This document shows positions 1 through 11,224 of a stretch of 64,000 nt of DNA, in pieces. The notes beneath the pieces are model-generated. The model did no database searches, was not told the DNA's origin, and saw only the letters and a program-made list of their open reading frames with translations. The position numbers and the translations under genes were made by a program. The stretch covers positions 5,084,001 to 5,148,000 of the forward strand of contig NC_043007.1 of assembly GCF_006345805.1 (NCBI RefSeq), given 5' to 3'. Numbering within the stretch: the stretch's first letter is position 1; each line of letters opens with the position of its first letter. Origin of the DNA: Octopus sinensis. Taxonomy: Eukaryota.

Positions 1-239
1 ATATATTTGAATATATGTGTGTATGGAAGTCTGTTTACAAATACATATGTACAGAAAATTAAGTTAATCAGTTACCATTCAATTAAATATCTCTGTATTA
101 TTGAAGGTGTAAAACACAAAGCTAATATATCCTGATATAGAAATATGCACACACACAGTATATTCATTATACATATGTGTATATATATATATATGTCTGT
201 ATATATGAATTTTTTGTGTAATGAGATAAAAAAAACCAA

Positions 240-1400
240 GGCTGTGTAGATATTAGAACATTTATAGATAGAAGGTCTTACAGCTGTTTCCAGGATATTT
301 ATTAATTATATCCCTTCATCGGAGACGGTGTGAGAGGAAAAGTTAAGACATAGTTAGTTTCGTCTGTATATATATCTATAAATGCATATATATACATATA
401 TGTCTGTATATGCATTTATATGTATATATATTTTTACATACAGTTCAATATATGTCTGGTTATAGAGTGAGAATGATTTTGCATTCCTAGAGTGCTTAGC
501 TTTATATATGATTTGTTAAACTCTGACGGCAGAGGATATATAATCCCTCTTCAAACTGGAGGTAGAAATCTGGTATGGTCAGTTAATTTGTAAAAAAAAG
601 GATAAAAATACCTTTTGAGGTTTAGACAAGATTAGTTATCTCCCTTAGACCAGTTCTGTTGACAAACAGGGAATCTGTGCCCTTTGGCTGTTTCCAGCCT
701 CTGAGGATGTCTTCTGGTTCGAATCAATAAATGGGGGATCTCATGCTTGCAGCAGGTAGCAATTGAAAATGGGGGCTGGGGATATAGATATCATGTTTAA
801 AATTTAAGAGAAAACTGGGTCCAGGGAGTCTTTAAAGATACTTATTTGCTCTGCTATGCAAAGTTTGCTTTGTCCCTTCCTGTTTATTTAGGACCCTGGC
901 TGCTCTATGATCCTCCATTTAATTTTGTATGGGGTTCTCTCATCCTTAAGGCACCATACATGGCTGGCCAGGGATGAGATGTAACAGACTGTCTTTCCAC
1001 AATCCTGAAAGAGGACCTATGGTTGTATAGGTCCTGCTTAAGAGCAGTTCCTGCTGACCTGATATACCTCCAGACTTGAGAGCTGGTTGTGTTCACACAT
1101 TTGGGTGTATCTTCTGTTGGCCCCAGGCTTGCAGTTGTTGCTGATGCTGTTACAGGAGCCGTCATTGGTGCTGTTATTAGGGGTCTGGTGATATTGCTGT
1201 CGATGATGTCATTGCAGAAGTAATCCCTGGCTGTAGTCCTGGTGTTGTGACTGCCATCTCTGCTAATACTGGGTGTGGGACTGGTATTTTTGCTTGTGCT
1301 GCTGCTGCTGGTATGGACATCATCTCTGGTCATAGCACTGGTGTTGGTGCTGCGGCTGTTGCCATCGGGGCTGGTGCTTCTACTTGTGCTGTTTGTTTGT
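240..1400 (-). mobile_element. Penelope-like element 3' remnant (GIY-YIG endonuclease fragment, S/T-rich linker, pLTR-like end)
   Basis: Frameshifted translation YIRSAGTALKQDLYNHRSSF...HVWCLKDERTPYKIKWRII is typical of PLE GIY-YIG C-termini; hammerhead motif downstream at 275-326. Confidence 0.7.
275..326 (-). ncRNA. Minimal type-I hammerhead ribozyme motif (U4C core variant)
   Basis: Minus strand: GTCT CCGATGA A GGGATAT-AATTAATAA-ATATCCT G GAA ACAGCTGT A AGAC; stem I 4 bp, stem II 7 bp, palindromic stem III ACAGCTGT. Confidence 0.7.
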
Positions 1401-1401
1401 T

Positions 1402-1753
1402 TGTTGAGTGAAGCAGTCTTCGTCCCAGTGGGAGAAGTCCGAAACATGGTCCTTTGCTATTCATAAGACCCGCAGAAGAGAAAGCAGGTCAACCCCCGAC
1501 ACCATCGACGGATGGATGAATGCGCATCCAGGCTCAGTGGTTGCGTAGGAAGTGAGGGACAGGAAACAGGAAGAAAGAGTGAGAGAAAGCTGGAGCGAAA
1601 GAGTACAACAGGGGTCACCACCACCCCTGCCGGAGCCTCGTGGAGCTTTAGGTGTTTTCGCTCAATAAACACACAGAACGCCTGGTCTGGGAATCGAAAC
1701 CTCAATCCTCCGACTGGGCGTCCGCTGCCCTAACCACTGGGCCATTGCACCTC
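1402..1753 (-). mobile_element. tRNA-derived SINE (family S1), inserted beside or into the PLE linker
   Basis: Head with A box TGGCCCAGTGG and B box GGTTTCGATTCC on minus strand; near-full-length homolog at 60645-61031. Confidence 0.85.
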
Positions 1754-2523
1754 CTGTTGTTGCTGCTGCTGCTCGCCTACCACGACCACCACCAATATTG
1801 TCACCATAACTGTACACCTGCTTTTCCATACTGGCATGGATCGGATGGGTTATTACAGTTCCTGTCCATCCTGAATGGGCATTACTGCTCACAGAAACAA
1901 ATTGAATTGGGGACCATTTGGGTGTTACATTTTGGCACAGTTTCTGCAAGTGGAAGTCTTTCCTATTGCCATCCACTTTACAGAGTGTAAATGGTACATT
2001 TTGCCATAGGTACCACAATTAGATATTGCAATATGTTTAGATAAATATTAAGTTTGGAAATTAAGCGAAGCTTGGTTTTCTTTGTTATTTACTGTGGATG
2101 TTTTTCTTCTCTTTTTGTTTACCATTCCTATTCTCATTTAGGATACTTTATAATGAGATGAAATATCAGTACTACCAAAGTGGTTAATTTCAACATCTTT
2201 TACTATTGTTGGCTGATCTGAATGCTCAAGGGATTAGACAGTCTACGTAAGACCATGATCTTAGCTCAAAAGGTAAGTATTTGCTGAAGATTGCATCTTG
2301 TCTTTTAATAAATGAGTTAGTTCATTAAAATCAATATCATATGCTGTTATTAAACAACGGTAACTTAATTAAATTATAAAATGGAAACAAAAACAAACAT
2401 CTTGCAGTTAGAGAACGTGAACTCTTGAAGTTAGAAATCCATGCTGAGAACTCAGTTGGAAAATTCTGAAAGTAATCCTACCATAAATACACAGGAAAAA
2501 TAGAAATGGACAAGGTTTTTGTT

Positions 2524-2634
2524 TCAATTTGGTAAATTGCATTCATCTGCCCATGGAAGTGTTCCCTTTTTGCCAGCAAAGAGGATACTTTCGAAAAGTT
2601 CATCTCGATAGATCATGGGCCCAAATACATACGT
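2524..2634 (-). CDS. GRAMD4: GRAMD4-like terminal coding exon: TYVFGPMIYRDELFESILFAGKKGTLPWADECNLPN*
   Basis: gttgcag|ACG ... TGA; 111 nt, phase 0; human PLVFGAMVHRDEAFETIL. The 11 exons total 1002 nt = 333 aa + stop with no internal stop. Confidence 0.92.
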   Translation of the reverse strand, partial: TYVFGPMIYRDELFESILFAGKKGTLPWADECNLPN

Positions 2635-2646
2635 CTGCAACATAAA

Positions 2647-2945
2647 AATATCCAACGAGAACGGAACAAAAAAAAAAATGAAATCAAACAAAATTAAAAT
2701 GGTTCTTGAAATGTCTGTGAACAATTCGGTACTGATGCTGTAAAGGGTTCTTTTCTTTTTATCGAAATGAAATGAAATTATAAAAATATGAAATTATAAA
2801 AATATCCAATGAGAACGGAACAAAAAAAAAGATTAAATCAAACAAAATTAAAATGGTTCTTGAAATGTCTGTGAACAATTCAGTACTGATGCTGTAAAGG
2901 GTTCTTTTCTTTTTATCAAAATGAAATGATGATATGAAATTATAA
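2647..2945. repeat. Two-copy tandem duplication, period ~154 bp
   Basis: AATATCCAA(C/T)GAGAACGGAAC...GGGTTCTTTTCTTTTTATC repeated at 2647 and 2801. Confidence 0.9.
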
Positions 2946-3253
2946 TACCTATTGACAGTATCAGAATGAAAGACACGAAAACATATTAATTCCCTACAGG
3001 ACCACAGAGCAGAATTACGGTTCCACCTCAGTTTAGTTCTGATTGAACTGACTTAGGATCAAAGACAGACATAAGCAAACCGAGAGCCTTTCTGAATGGA
3101 TTGGCTAACAAAAAAATTGCCTTGAATCTTTTTTCAGCTGGGTGGCCTGCATGGCAGTGATAAGTCCTGCATGGCAGTGATTAGTCCTGCCTCATGCAGC
3201 TCACTTCTCAAGAAAGGCTGCCCTTGCCTGACCAAAAGCTTTTCCACTGAGAA

Positions 3254-3968
3254 GATCATCTTAGAACTAAAGCTATTCCAGTTGTGATCATCTCATGACC
3301 AATCTGTGACCGTCATTTTAGCTATGATCATTTTATGAGCAAAGGCTTTCCCAGCTGTGATCCTGATATGATTCAGGACATTTCTCTTGTGATCATCTTA
3401 GAACTAAAGCTATTCCAGTTGTGATCATCTCATGACCAATCTGTGACCGTCATTTTAGCTATGATCATTTTATGACCAAAGGCTTTCCCAGCTGTGATCC
3501 TGATATGATTCAGGACATTTCTCTGGGATCATCTTAGAACTAAAGCTATTCCAGTTGTGATCATCTCATGACCAATCTGTGACCGTCATTTTAGCTATGA
3601 TCATTTTATGACCAAAGGCTTTCCCAGCTGTGATCCTGATATGATTCAGGACATTTCTCTTGGGATCATCTTAGAACTAAAGCTATTCCAGTTGTGATCA
3701 TCTCATGACCAATCTGTGACCGTCATTTTAGCTATGATCATTTTATGACCAAAGGCTTTCCCAGCTGTGACCCTGATATGATTCAGGACATTTCTCTTGG
3801 GATCATCTTAGAACTAAAGCTATTCCAGTTGTGATCATCTCATGACCAATCTGTGACCGTCATTTTAGCTATGATCATTTTATGACCAAAGGCTTTCCCA
3901 GCTGTGATCCTGATATGATTCAGGACATTTCTCTTGGGATCATCTTAGAACTAAAGCTATTCCAGCTG
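3254..3968. repeat. Tandem repeat, 136-137 bp unit, 5 full copies plus partial
   Basis: GATCATCTTAGAACTAAAGC starts at 3254, 3391, 3527, 3664, 3801, 3938; copies nearly identical. Confidence 0.97.
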
Positions 3969-4734
3969 TCATTTTATTTTAGTTCAGTGCAAACTATCCA
4001 ATAGTTTATATCAGACAGCAAGATGGGATTTGGGAGAGATATTTGAGGTTGGAGCTGTGAAATCCTTCCTTACTGGTTGGTGTTTCTTTAATATTAATTT
4101 CGTGTTTTGGCACAGGGCCAGTAATTTAGGGACAGAAAATAATTTGATTATATCAACCCCAGTTATATTCAACTAATACTTATTTTATTAACCTCAGAAT
4201 GACGAAAACTCAAGTTGGCCATGATAGCATTTGAACTTTGAACGTAAAGTTGGAAGAAATGCCACTAGACATTTTACTCTGTGATTTTGAAGGCATTTTC
4301 CCCAATGCAGTAATAATTCTGAAGGCATTTATCCTGGTGTGAAGACATGAAAGTGTTGTGAAGAAGTTCCTTTTGCACTAATGCCTGGCTATTCTCCAGT
4401 TCCACATATTATTTCCTTTATTATGTTCAACTTCTTGAGATCAATCTTCACCACTTTATACCCTGTCTTCCTAATATTCATCTGTTTTGAGCACTTGGCA
4501 CTTACTTATCAACCGGCAGATCTTCCAGATGCATCGCATATCTTCTCTCTTACACCCAACTTATAATTGCTCATATATCCAGTTTTCTTTTTCTCTGTTC
4601 ATTCATGCTCTGTTGTTCCTGCACACATTACATTTTCAGTAGAATATATTCACTTCAATTGCAGCGTGGAAGGCGTTTATAAGCCATTTAAGAAACATAA
4701 AAACCATTAGATTCACTTCAACATTTAAATTCAA

Positions 4735-4785
4735 TTTGCCAAAATATTTTCGTCGTTTTGAGACTGCGACCTGATCACTGACAAA
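4735..4785 (-). ncRNA. Hammerhead-like motif with G3-C8 swapped core (left arm)
   Basis: Minus: TTTGTCA GTGATCA G GTCGC-AGTCTCAAA-ACGAC GAA AATATT T TGGCAAA. Confidence 0.55.
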
Positions 4786-4800
4786 ACTTCGTGCTGCATC

Positions 4801-4851
4801 TTTGTCAGTGAACAGGTTGCGGTCTCAAAGCAACGAAAATATTTTGGCAAA
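4801..4851 (+). ncRNA. Hammerhead-like motif with G3-C8 swapped core (right arm)
   Basis: Plus: TTTGTCA GTGAACA G GTTGC-GGTCTCAAA-GCAAC GAA AATATT T TGGCAAA; stem I 7 bp, stem II 5 bp. Confidence 0.55.
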
Positions 4852-5891
4852 TTGAATTTAAATGTTGAAGTGAATCTAACGGTTTTTGTGTGTTTCTTAA
4901 ATGGCTTATAAACACCTTCCACACTGCAATTGTTTTCATTCCAGTGCACGATCTCAGGTCAGGTCACTTGCTATGCAAGTACATCTCCGTAATATTCACT
5001 TCAGTTCTTTCTATCTTTGTAAATTCTCCAAACCGAAGGCCCACAGAGTATCACACTTCATATACAAATAACATCCAATCTACTTTTCCCCCTGAAAGAG
5101 AAACCTTCTGTCATTAGCAAAGTAACAGCTCCCTGATCTTGTCCTGTTCTATTTTCACTCTGGTTTCTACACTTTCAGCTCCTCTGCCTATTCACTGCTT
5201 TTGTGCATCACTTACATCAAACCTGCTAACAACATTACAACATCTCTTGTGCACACATAGTCTACATTGAGTAGGCTGTATGGAAATTCTACCCAGTCCT
5301 GAGTATAGAACTTCCGTGGCCGTAGTGGAATCCAGTTTTTGTCCCTACTGACTAAAACTTCTATCTTTGCTAAGTTTAGTTTGATATTTTCCAATTCTAG
5401 GCTTTACTTTTGAAATTTCTACAGATCCTGGAATAAAATTTAGCTCATCAACATACAAATGATGCACTACCACCAAGGAAATGCCTCTACTCTGCATGTA
5501 GGAAAAGGAGGGGGTAGAATTTCCAAACAAGACACCCAGTGTGTATACATGTGCAACTGCACCAGAACTAATTATTTGAGTCCGTTTTCCATGCTAGTAT
5601 GGGTTGGACAGTTCGACCGGAGTCTGGGAAGCCAGGAGGCTGCACCAGGCTCCAGTCTGATCTGGCATCAGAACTAATTATTTGAGTCTTTTAAACCAAA
5701 CTATGTTAACTATTAATTCTTCTGATTATCTTTTGGTTCAACCTCAGATGAATTTTCAGCAATTTGGAGAAGCAGGATGTTTTCCATTCATGATAAAAAC
5801 TTATGTGAATAATTTGTGTCTGTGAACGAGTGTATACAACTGCAAGAATCATACTTTCATACAATTATTTTAATAACTTAATGTCATCTCA

Positions 5892-6306
5892 CTCTTTACT
5901 CTTTTTTTCTCTTTTACTTGTTTCAGTCATTTGACTGCGGCCATGCTGGAGCACCACCTTTATTCGAGCAACTCGACCCCGGAACTTATTCTTTTTGTAA
6001 GCCCAGTACTTATTCTATCGGTCTCTTTTGCCAAACCGCTAAGTAACAGGGACGTAAACACACCAGCATCGGTTGTCAAGCAATGCTAAGGGGACAAACA
6101 CAGACACACAAACATACACGCAAACACATATATATACATACATATATACAACGGGCTTCTTTCAGTTTCCGTCTACCAAATCCACTCACAAGGCATTGGT
6201 CGGCCCGGGGCTATAGCAGAAGACACTAGCCCAAGGTGCCACGCAGTGGGACTGAACCTGGAACCATGTGGTTGGTTAGCAAGCTACTTACCACACACCC
6301 ACTCCT
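5892..6306 (-). mobile_element. tRNA-derived SINE family B (internal TA/TG microsatellite); other copies ~22980-23405(+), 24070-24500(+), 31310-31710(-), 33690-33950(+), 34450-34790(+), 63460-63960(-)
   Basis: Head GGAGTGGCTGTGTGGTAAG...GGTTCAGTCCCACTG (A/B boxes); tail GACTGAAACAAGTAAAAGAG; repeated many times in window. Confidence 0.85.
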
Positions 6307-6840
6307 GCGACAAAAAGAGCAATATAGTGTTTAAGTGCTTATTGGAGCATTATTGTACGTACATACATACATACAGCCGTTCAAGAATTTGGACCTGGAG
6401 ATCTCCATTTCCAGCGACTTCGAGGGCCACCTCCCAGTGGTGTCGGGTGTCAACGAAGAGCCCTCGACTACAACAAGACGACCAAGGTTTTTTTTTTTTT
6501 CCAAGGTCTGGGGTCTCCCGCCCCTAAGCCCTAGACCATCACCTAATCACCCTTACCCATCTTGTTGCTTAACAACAACAACAACTACATACATACATAA
6601 AAAAATCTAAAACATTCAAGAAGTTTATCATTTAAGAGCATGTCTAGATATGCACGTACATGCATAAGAAGACATACATAAAACAAAACATACAAATCTG
6701 TCCGTATACATTCATACCTGCATACAAACATACCTTGTTGTTGATGTTGAAATTCTAATGAAGGAACCTTGGATCCATGTTAGAAATTGGCATTTTCTCT
6801 ATTGGCCAGAAATCTTGAAATAAAACTGAATAATGACTGA

Positions 6841-6886
<46 letters not shown>

Positions 6887-6932
6887 TATGTACATAGGTA
6901 TGTACGTATTCCTTTTGTGAAACAATATTTAC

Positions 6933-7001
6933 CTTATCAGAACCAGCCATTGTGACTTCAATAGCCATGCCTCCACCAGGTAACCATGGATACGGTTTAG
7001 C
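6933..7001 (-). CDS. GRAMD4: GRAMD4-like exon (GRAM): AKPYPWLPGGGMAIEVTMAGSDK
   Basis: cctgacag|GCT ... AAG|gtaaat; 69 nt, phase 0-0; human YKVLSVLPGSGMGIAVSTPSTQK. Confidence 0.93.
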
Positions 7002-7339
7002 CTGTCAGGGAAGATATAAAAGAAAAAAATTTATTTCAATTTAGAACAATAAATAAATAATTAAAATGATTTTACTTAAAATTATAAAAAAAGCTCATAC
7101 ATTACATTAATAATAAATGTATATGTATATCTGTGTGTGTGTGTACATGTATGTGCATTTATGTGTGTATTTGTTTGTGTATACCATTGTCTAGATATCC
7201 TGTGATGGTTGCTTGCTTCTAGTCTTCCATAAATCCATGTCTCGTTATGGGGAAATATTTTATTAATTGGAATCAGATGAGGGTTGGTAACAAGAAGGGC
7301 CTTTGATCTTTCCTGTAGAAAATCTTCAACAACAAATTC

Positions 7340-7572
7340 TTATTTCTTTATTGCCCACAAGGGGCTAAACATAGAGGGGGCAAACAAAGACAGACAAAGG
7401 AATTAAGTCGATTACATCGACCCCAGTGCGTAACTGATACTTAATTTATCGACCTCGAAAGGATGAAAGGCAAAGTCGACCTCGGCGGAATTTGAACTCA
7501 GAACGTAATGGCAGACGAAATACGGCTACGCATTTCGCCCGGTGTGCTAACGTTTCTGCCAGCTCGCCACCT
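7340..7572 (-). mobile_element. SINE family A copy
   Basis: Near-identical to 8309-8539; CAACAAATTCT duplicated at flanks. Confidence 0.85.
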
Positions 7573-7689
7573 TTTCTTCAACAAATTCTGTCTGATCCAT
7601 GGCTAAGCAGGCATTGAAATGGGGATAACAGTATTTTTGTATGGATAGTGAAACTGTATGTTGAGTGTGGAGTGTAAATGCAGCATGTG

Positions 7690-7980
7690 GAAACAGATGA
7701 GGCTTGCTTGCTCAGCTTCCTGTGTGATGTCAATGTGGATGAATAAAAGAGCAGAAGTGTTCTGAGAAGAAAAATGGGCATCAGCTGTGAATGTGTGAAA
7801 AAAGAAGACTGTACAATAAGTTCGGCAGGTAACAGATGGGTAAAGTAATGTAAAGCTACCCAAGTAGAAAGAATTTACTGAAGAGGAAGACCAACGGAAA
7901 CATGGGAAGCGATGGGGAAGATGACTCTCAGAATGTTGAGTCTCACAAAGAAGACAGACATGAGCATCGTCTGTTTTTGA
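7690..7980 (+). mobile_element. RTE LINE C-terminal remnant (similar remnants ~39030-39260 and 43300-43590)
   Basis: Degenerate LCDVNVDE..SRSVLRRKMGI / RGRPRKTW-like translation. Confidence 0.55.
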
Positions 7981-8308
7981 TTTCCAGTCATATTTAGGAG
8001 CACACTGTCCAATGAGTCTGTTCTTGTGAAATCTAGTACAATGTGATTTGAGGGAAATTTGGCTGCTATTTCTAGCAGATTGTCTGATAACATACAAGCT
8101 CTCCTTGGTTGGCTTGTTTGCTTAGATTTGTAGTTGAAGGAGGCCATTGATAAATACACCTAATTGCTTCTTTAGATTCCAATAGAACAAAACGAGTGTA
8201 CTGACTCGTGGGTGTATAATCTTAGATATATACTGCTTCAGAGGGTTCACTGTCTCAAAAGTGTACTGCTGAAGTGTATTGTGTGAGAGAGTTTCCAAGA
8301 AATATACC

Positions 8309-8539
8309 TATTTCTTTACTACCCACAAGGGGCTAAACACAGAGGGGACAAACAAGGACAGATAAACGGATTAAGTCGATTATATCGACCCCAGTGTTTA
8401 ACTGGTACTTATTTAATCGACCCTGAAAGGATGAAAGGCAAAGTCAACCTCGGTGGAATTTGAACTTGGAACGTAAAGACAAACAAAATACTGCTAAGCA
8501 TTTCACCCGGCGTGCTAACGTTTCTGCCAGCTCGCCGCC
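8309..8539 (-). mobile_element. SINE family A with 16-bp TSD (young copy); more than 20 further, mostly degenerate copies in window
   Basis: GGCGGCGAGCTGGCAGAAACG head, GAGTTCAAATTCC B box, central GTCGACTTTGCCTTTCATCCTTT...GTCGAT domain; TSD TTCCAAGAAATATACC at 8293-8308 and 8540-8555. Confidence 0.88.
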
Positions 8540-8741
8540 TTCCAAGAAATATACCATCTTGGAAAATGCCTTGTTTCAGAAGAGTGACAAATACTGTTGT
8601 GTATTCTCAAAGTCAATCTTACCTGTGATATAAAGTAAGGATGTGGTTGTAATGTATTAAGTACTTGCAATGTTTTCAACTTCTTGTTTATATTTAAATA
8701 TCAAAATATTGTAAAATATCTGAGATAAAAAAAGTACTTAC

Positions 8742-8823
8742 ACGTTCCAACTTGACAATGTCAGAAAGTGGCAGTACAAAATTCTTGCTTGATGGTGATT
8801 TCGTTCTTTCAAAGCACAAAAAA
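8742..8823 (-). CDS. GRAMD4: GRAMD4-like exon (GRAM): FLCFERTKSPSSKNFVLPLSDIVKLER
   Basis: acttttag|T TTT ... CGT|gtaagt; 82 nt, phase 2-0; human YLCFESSKSGSSKRNKVIKLVDITDIQK. Confidence 0.93.
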
Positions 8824-8850
8824 CTAAAAGTGTAAATAATAATAATGATG

Positions 8851-8882
<32 letters not shown>

Positions 8883-10751
8883 CATAATGATCATAATAAT
8901 AATAATGGCTTAAAATCAGAGACAGAAGGGTTTATCATAACAGCTCAAGATCAATGCCTACCTACAAGAAGCTATCAGGCCAACATCTTAAAGAACAGCA
9001 TTAAGCCCAATGTGCCATATATGTAAACAAGAAAAGGTAACAACATTCGAGCATGGTCGTTGCCAGTGCCGTCAGACTGGCTCCCATACAGGTAGCATGT
9101 AAAAAACACCTTTTGAGTGTGGTCGTTGCCAGAACCACCTGACTGGCCCTCGTGCCGGTGGCACATAAAAGCACCCACTACACCTTGGAGTGGTTGGCGT
9201 TAGGAAGGGCACCCAGCTGTAGAAACTTTGCCAGATCAGATTGGAGCTTGGTGCAGCCATCTGGCTTGCCAGTCCTCAGTCAAACCATCCAACTCATGCC
9301 AGCATGGAAAGAGGACGTTAAACGATGATGATGATGGTGATGATAAATGTAAAGTTTGCCACCTTATTTTAATAATAATAATAATAGTCCTTTCTACTAA
9401 AGGCACAAGACCTGGAATTTTGGGGAGGGGGTAAATTGATGTCATCGACCTCAGTGTTTCACTGGTACTTTATTTATCGACTTCAAATGGATGAAAGGCA
9501 AAGTTGAACTCGGCTGAACTTGAGCTCAGAACATACATAGGGGCCAAATGCCATTAAGCATTTTCCCCAGTGAACCAATGATTCTTCCATCTTGCTGCCT
9601 TATAATAATAATAATAATAATAATAATGATAATAATCCTTTCCACAATAGACACAAGGCTTCAAATTTGTGGGCAGAAAAAATAATAAGAAGAAGAAAAA
9701 GAAGATTGGCTTTAAATTTTGGCACAAGGTCAGTAATTTCATGGGATGGGGTATGTTAAACTCCCAGTGTTCAACTGGTACTTAGTACTTATTGACCTCC
9801 AAAAGGATGAAAGACAAAGTTGACCTTGATGGAATTTGAACTTAGAATGTAAAGTTGGGCAAAATGCAGCTAAGCATAAGCATTTTTACTAGTGTTCTAA
9901 TGATTCTGTCAACCACTGCCTTGAAATAATAATAATAATAATAATGATAATAATAATAATAATCCTTTCTACTAAAGGCACAAGGCCTGAAATTTGGAGG
10001 AAAGGGGACTAGTTGATTACATTGACCCCAGTATTTCACTGGCACTTAATTTATCAAACCTGAAAGGTCAACTTCAATTGAATTTGGATTCAGAATGTAA
10101 AGACAGAAGAAAGGCCTCTAAGCATTTTGCTTGCTGTGCTAACGATCTATCCAGCTCATTGTCTTATTATTATTATTATTATTAATAATAATTATAATGG
10201 AATATTGAAAAAAAAGACACTAGATTATAAAATAAAATTATGATTCAAAGTAGTTAATGGGATTTATTGTATTTTCCACACTTTTTATACAAAAATATTT
10301 CAGATTCTTTAGAAGAAAAATAGTTCATGTGAATATGAAATACAAAATGAAATGGAATGTGACAATATTTCTTACATTTTCGTCTTATATTATCCTATGT
10401 TTATAATATTCTGGAATGTTGTGTGTTATGCCTACATTCCTATATACATATATAATTAAAAAAATACAAATGGAACTTAACGTATCTAAAAATTGAGAAG
10501 AACAAGTTTATGGAATTAATATCATTATGAAAAGGACAAATGATATAATGTCAACGTATAATTGAAATATATATGAAAATATGTATTATTTACCTATGAA
10601 AAAATAAATATGACATTGACAGGAAAGGGAATATGTAAATGAGGTGATATGTAAATAATATCCTTTTAGTGAAATATATGTGAAAATTAAAAAGAGAAAT
10701 AAATATAGATTAGAAAATAAAGCAATGTAAGATAAATATATTTTATTTTAC

Positions 10752-10842
10752 CTTCGCGTGAGAAACAGTTTACCATTTTTAAAAGCTGCTGTTAAACTTT
10801 TATCTTTGTTAATCAATGCACAGCGTCGTCCTCCTTGCCAAC
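10752..10842 (-). CDS. GRAMD4: GRAMD4-like exon (GRAM): WQGGRRCALINKDKSLTAAFKNGKLFLTR(S)
   Basis: gatgcag|GT TGG ... CGA AG|gtaaaa; 91 nt, phase 1-2; human NGWRCCLINRDRK...IRNGVLYVTEN. Confidence 0.93.
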
Positions 10843-11224
10843 CTGCATCAGAATATAATAAACAATGAAAAATAATCAAGGGACATCATCTGCATGGAAA
10901 CCAATCAGTTAAGTTAGCAAGAATACTAATACGTTTAATACTGTAAGAAAGAGGATTTAAATCACTCAGTAATCTACTGATATTGTGGAGTGGATCAATG
11001 CTTTAATCCAGAGAGTCAAGAAAGACAGTTCTGTAATCTCAAATAATCAAAATAACTCAAAAACTCCAAAATTCCAAATTATTACAGAGGCAGTTGATGT
11101 GATATTTTAACCAGATTTGTTTTATTTTAATAATTGTTTATTAAAGTTTTTATTGATATTAAACTTTTGTGTTTCAGATACTCTGTTGATGGAAGGAAAC
11201 TGATTCACTGAACCCCTATAAAAG

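Larger units (their letters stand above)
4656..4996. mobile_element. Foldback (palindromic) non-autonomous element: ~130-bp inverted arms plus ~65-bp unique tail
   Basis: CAATTGCAGCGTGGAAGG (4656) ... CCTTCCACACTGCAATTG (4932), 15-nt spacer 4786-4800; second copy at 21851-22104. Confidence 0.9.

Noticed and set aside
905-1447. 180-aa Ser/Thr-rich ORF resembling a mucin
   Set aside because: Chimeric: it starts in a SINE tail, runs through a low-complexity PLE linker and into a frameshifted GIY-YIG remnant.
3254-3968. Regular repeat array as possible CRISPR or zinc-finger array
   Set aside because: No unique spacers, eukaryotic context, unit not a multiple of 3, no C2H2 pattern.
5450-5560. 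ATGATG start resembling a snoRNA box C
   Set aside because: No box D or terminal stem at a suitable distance; ATGATG is ubiquitous here.
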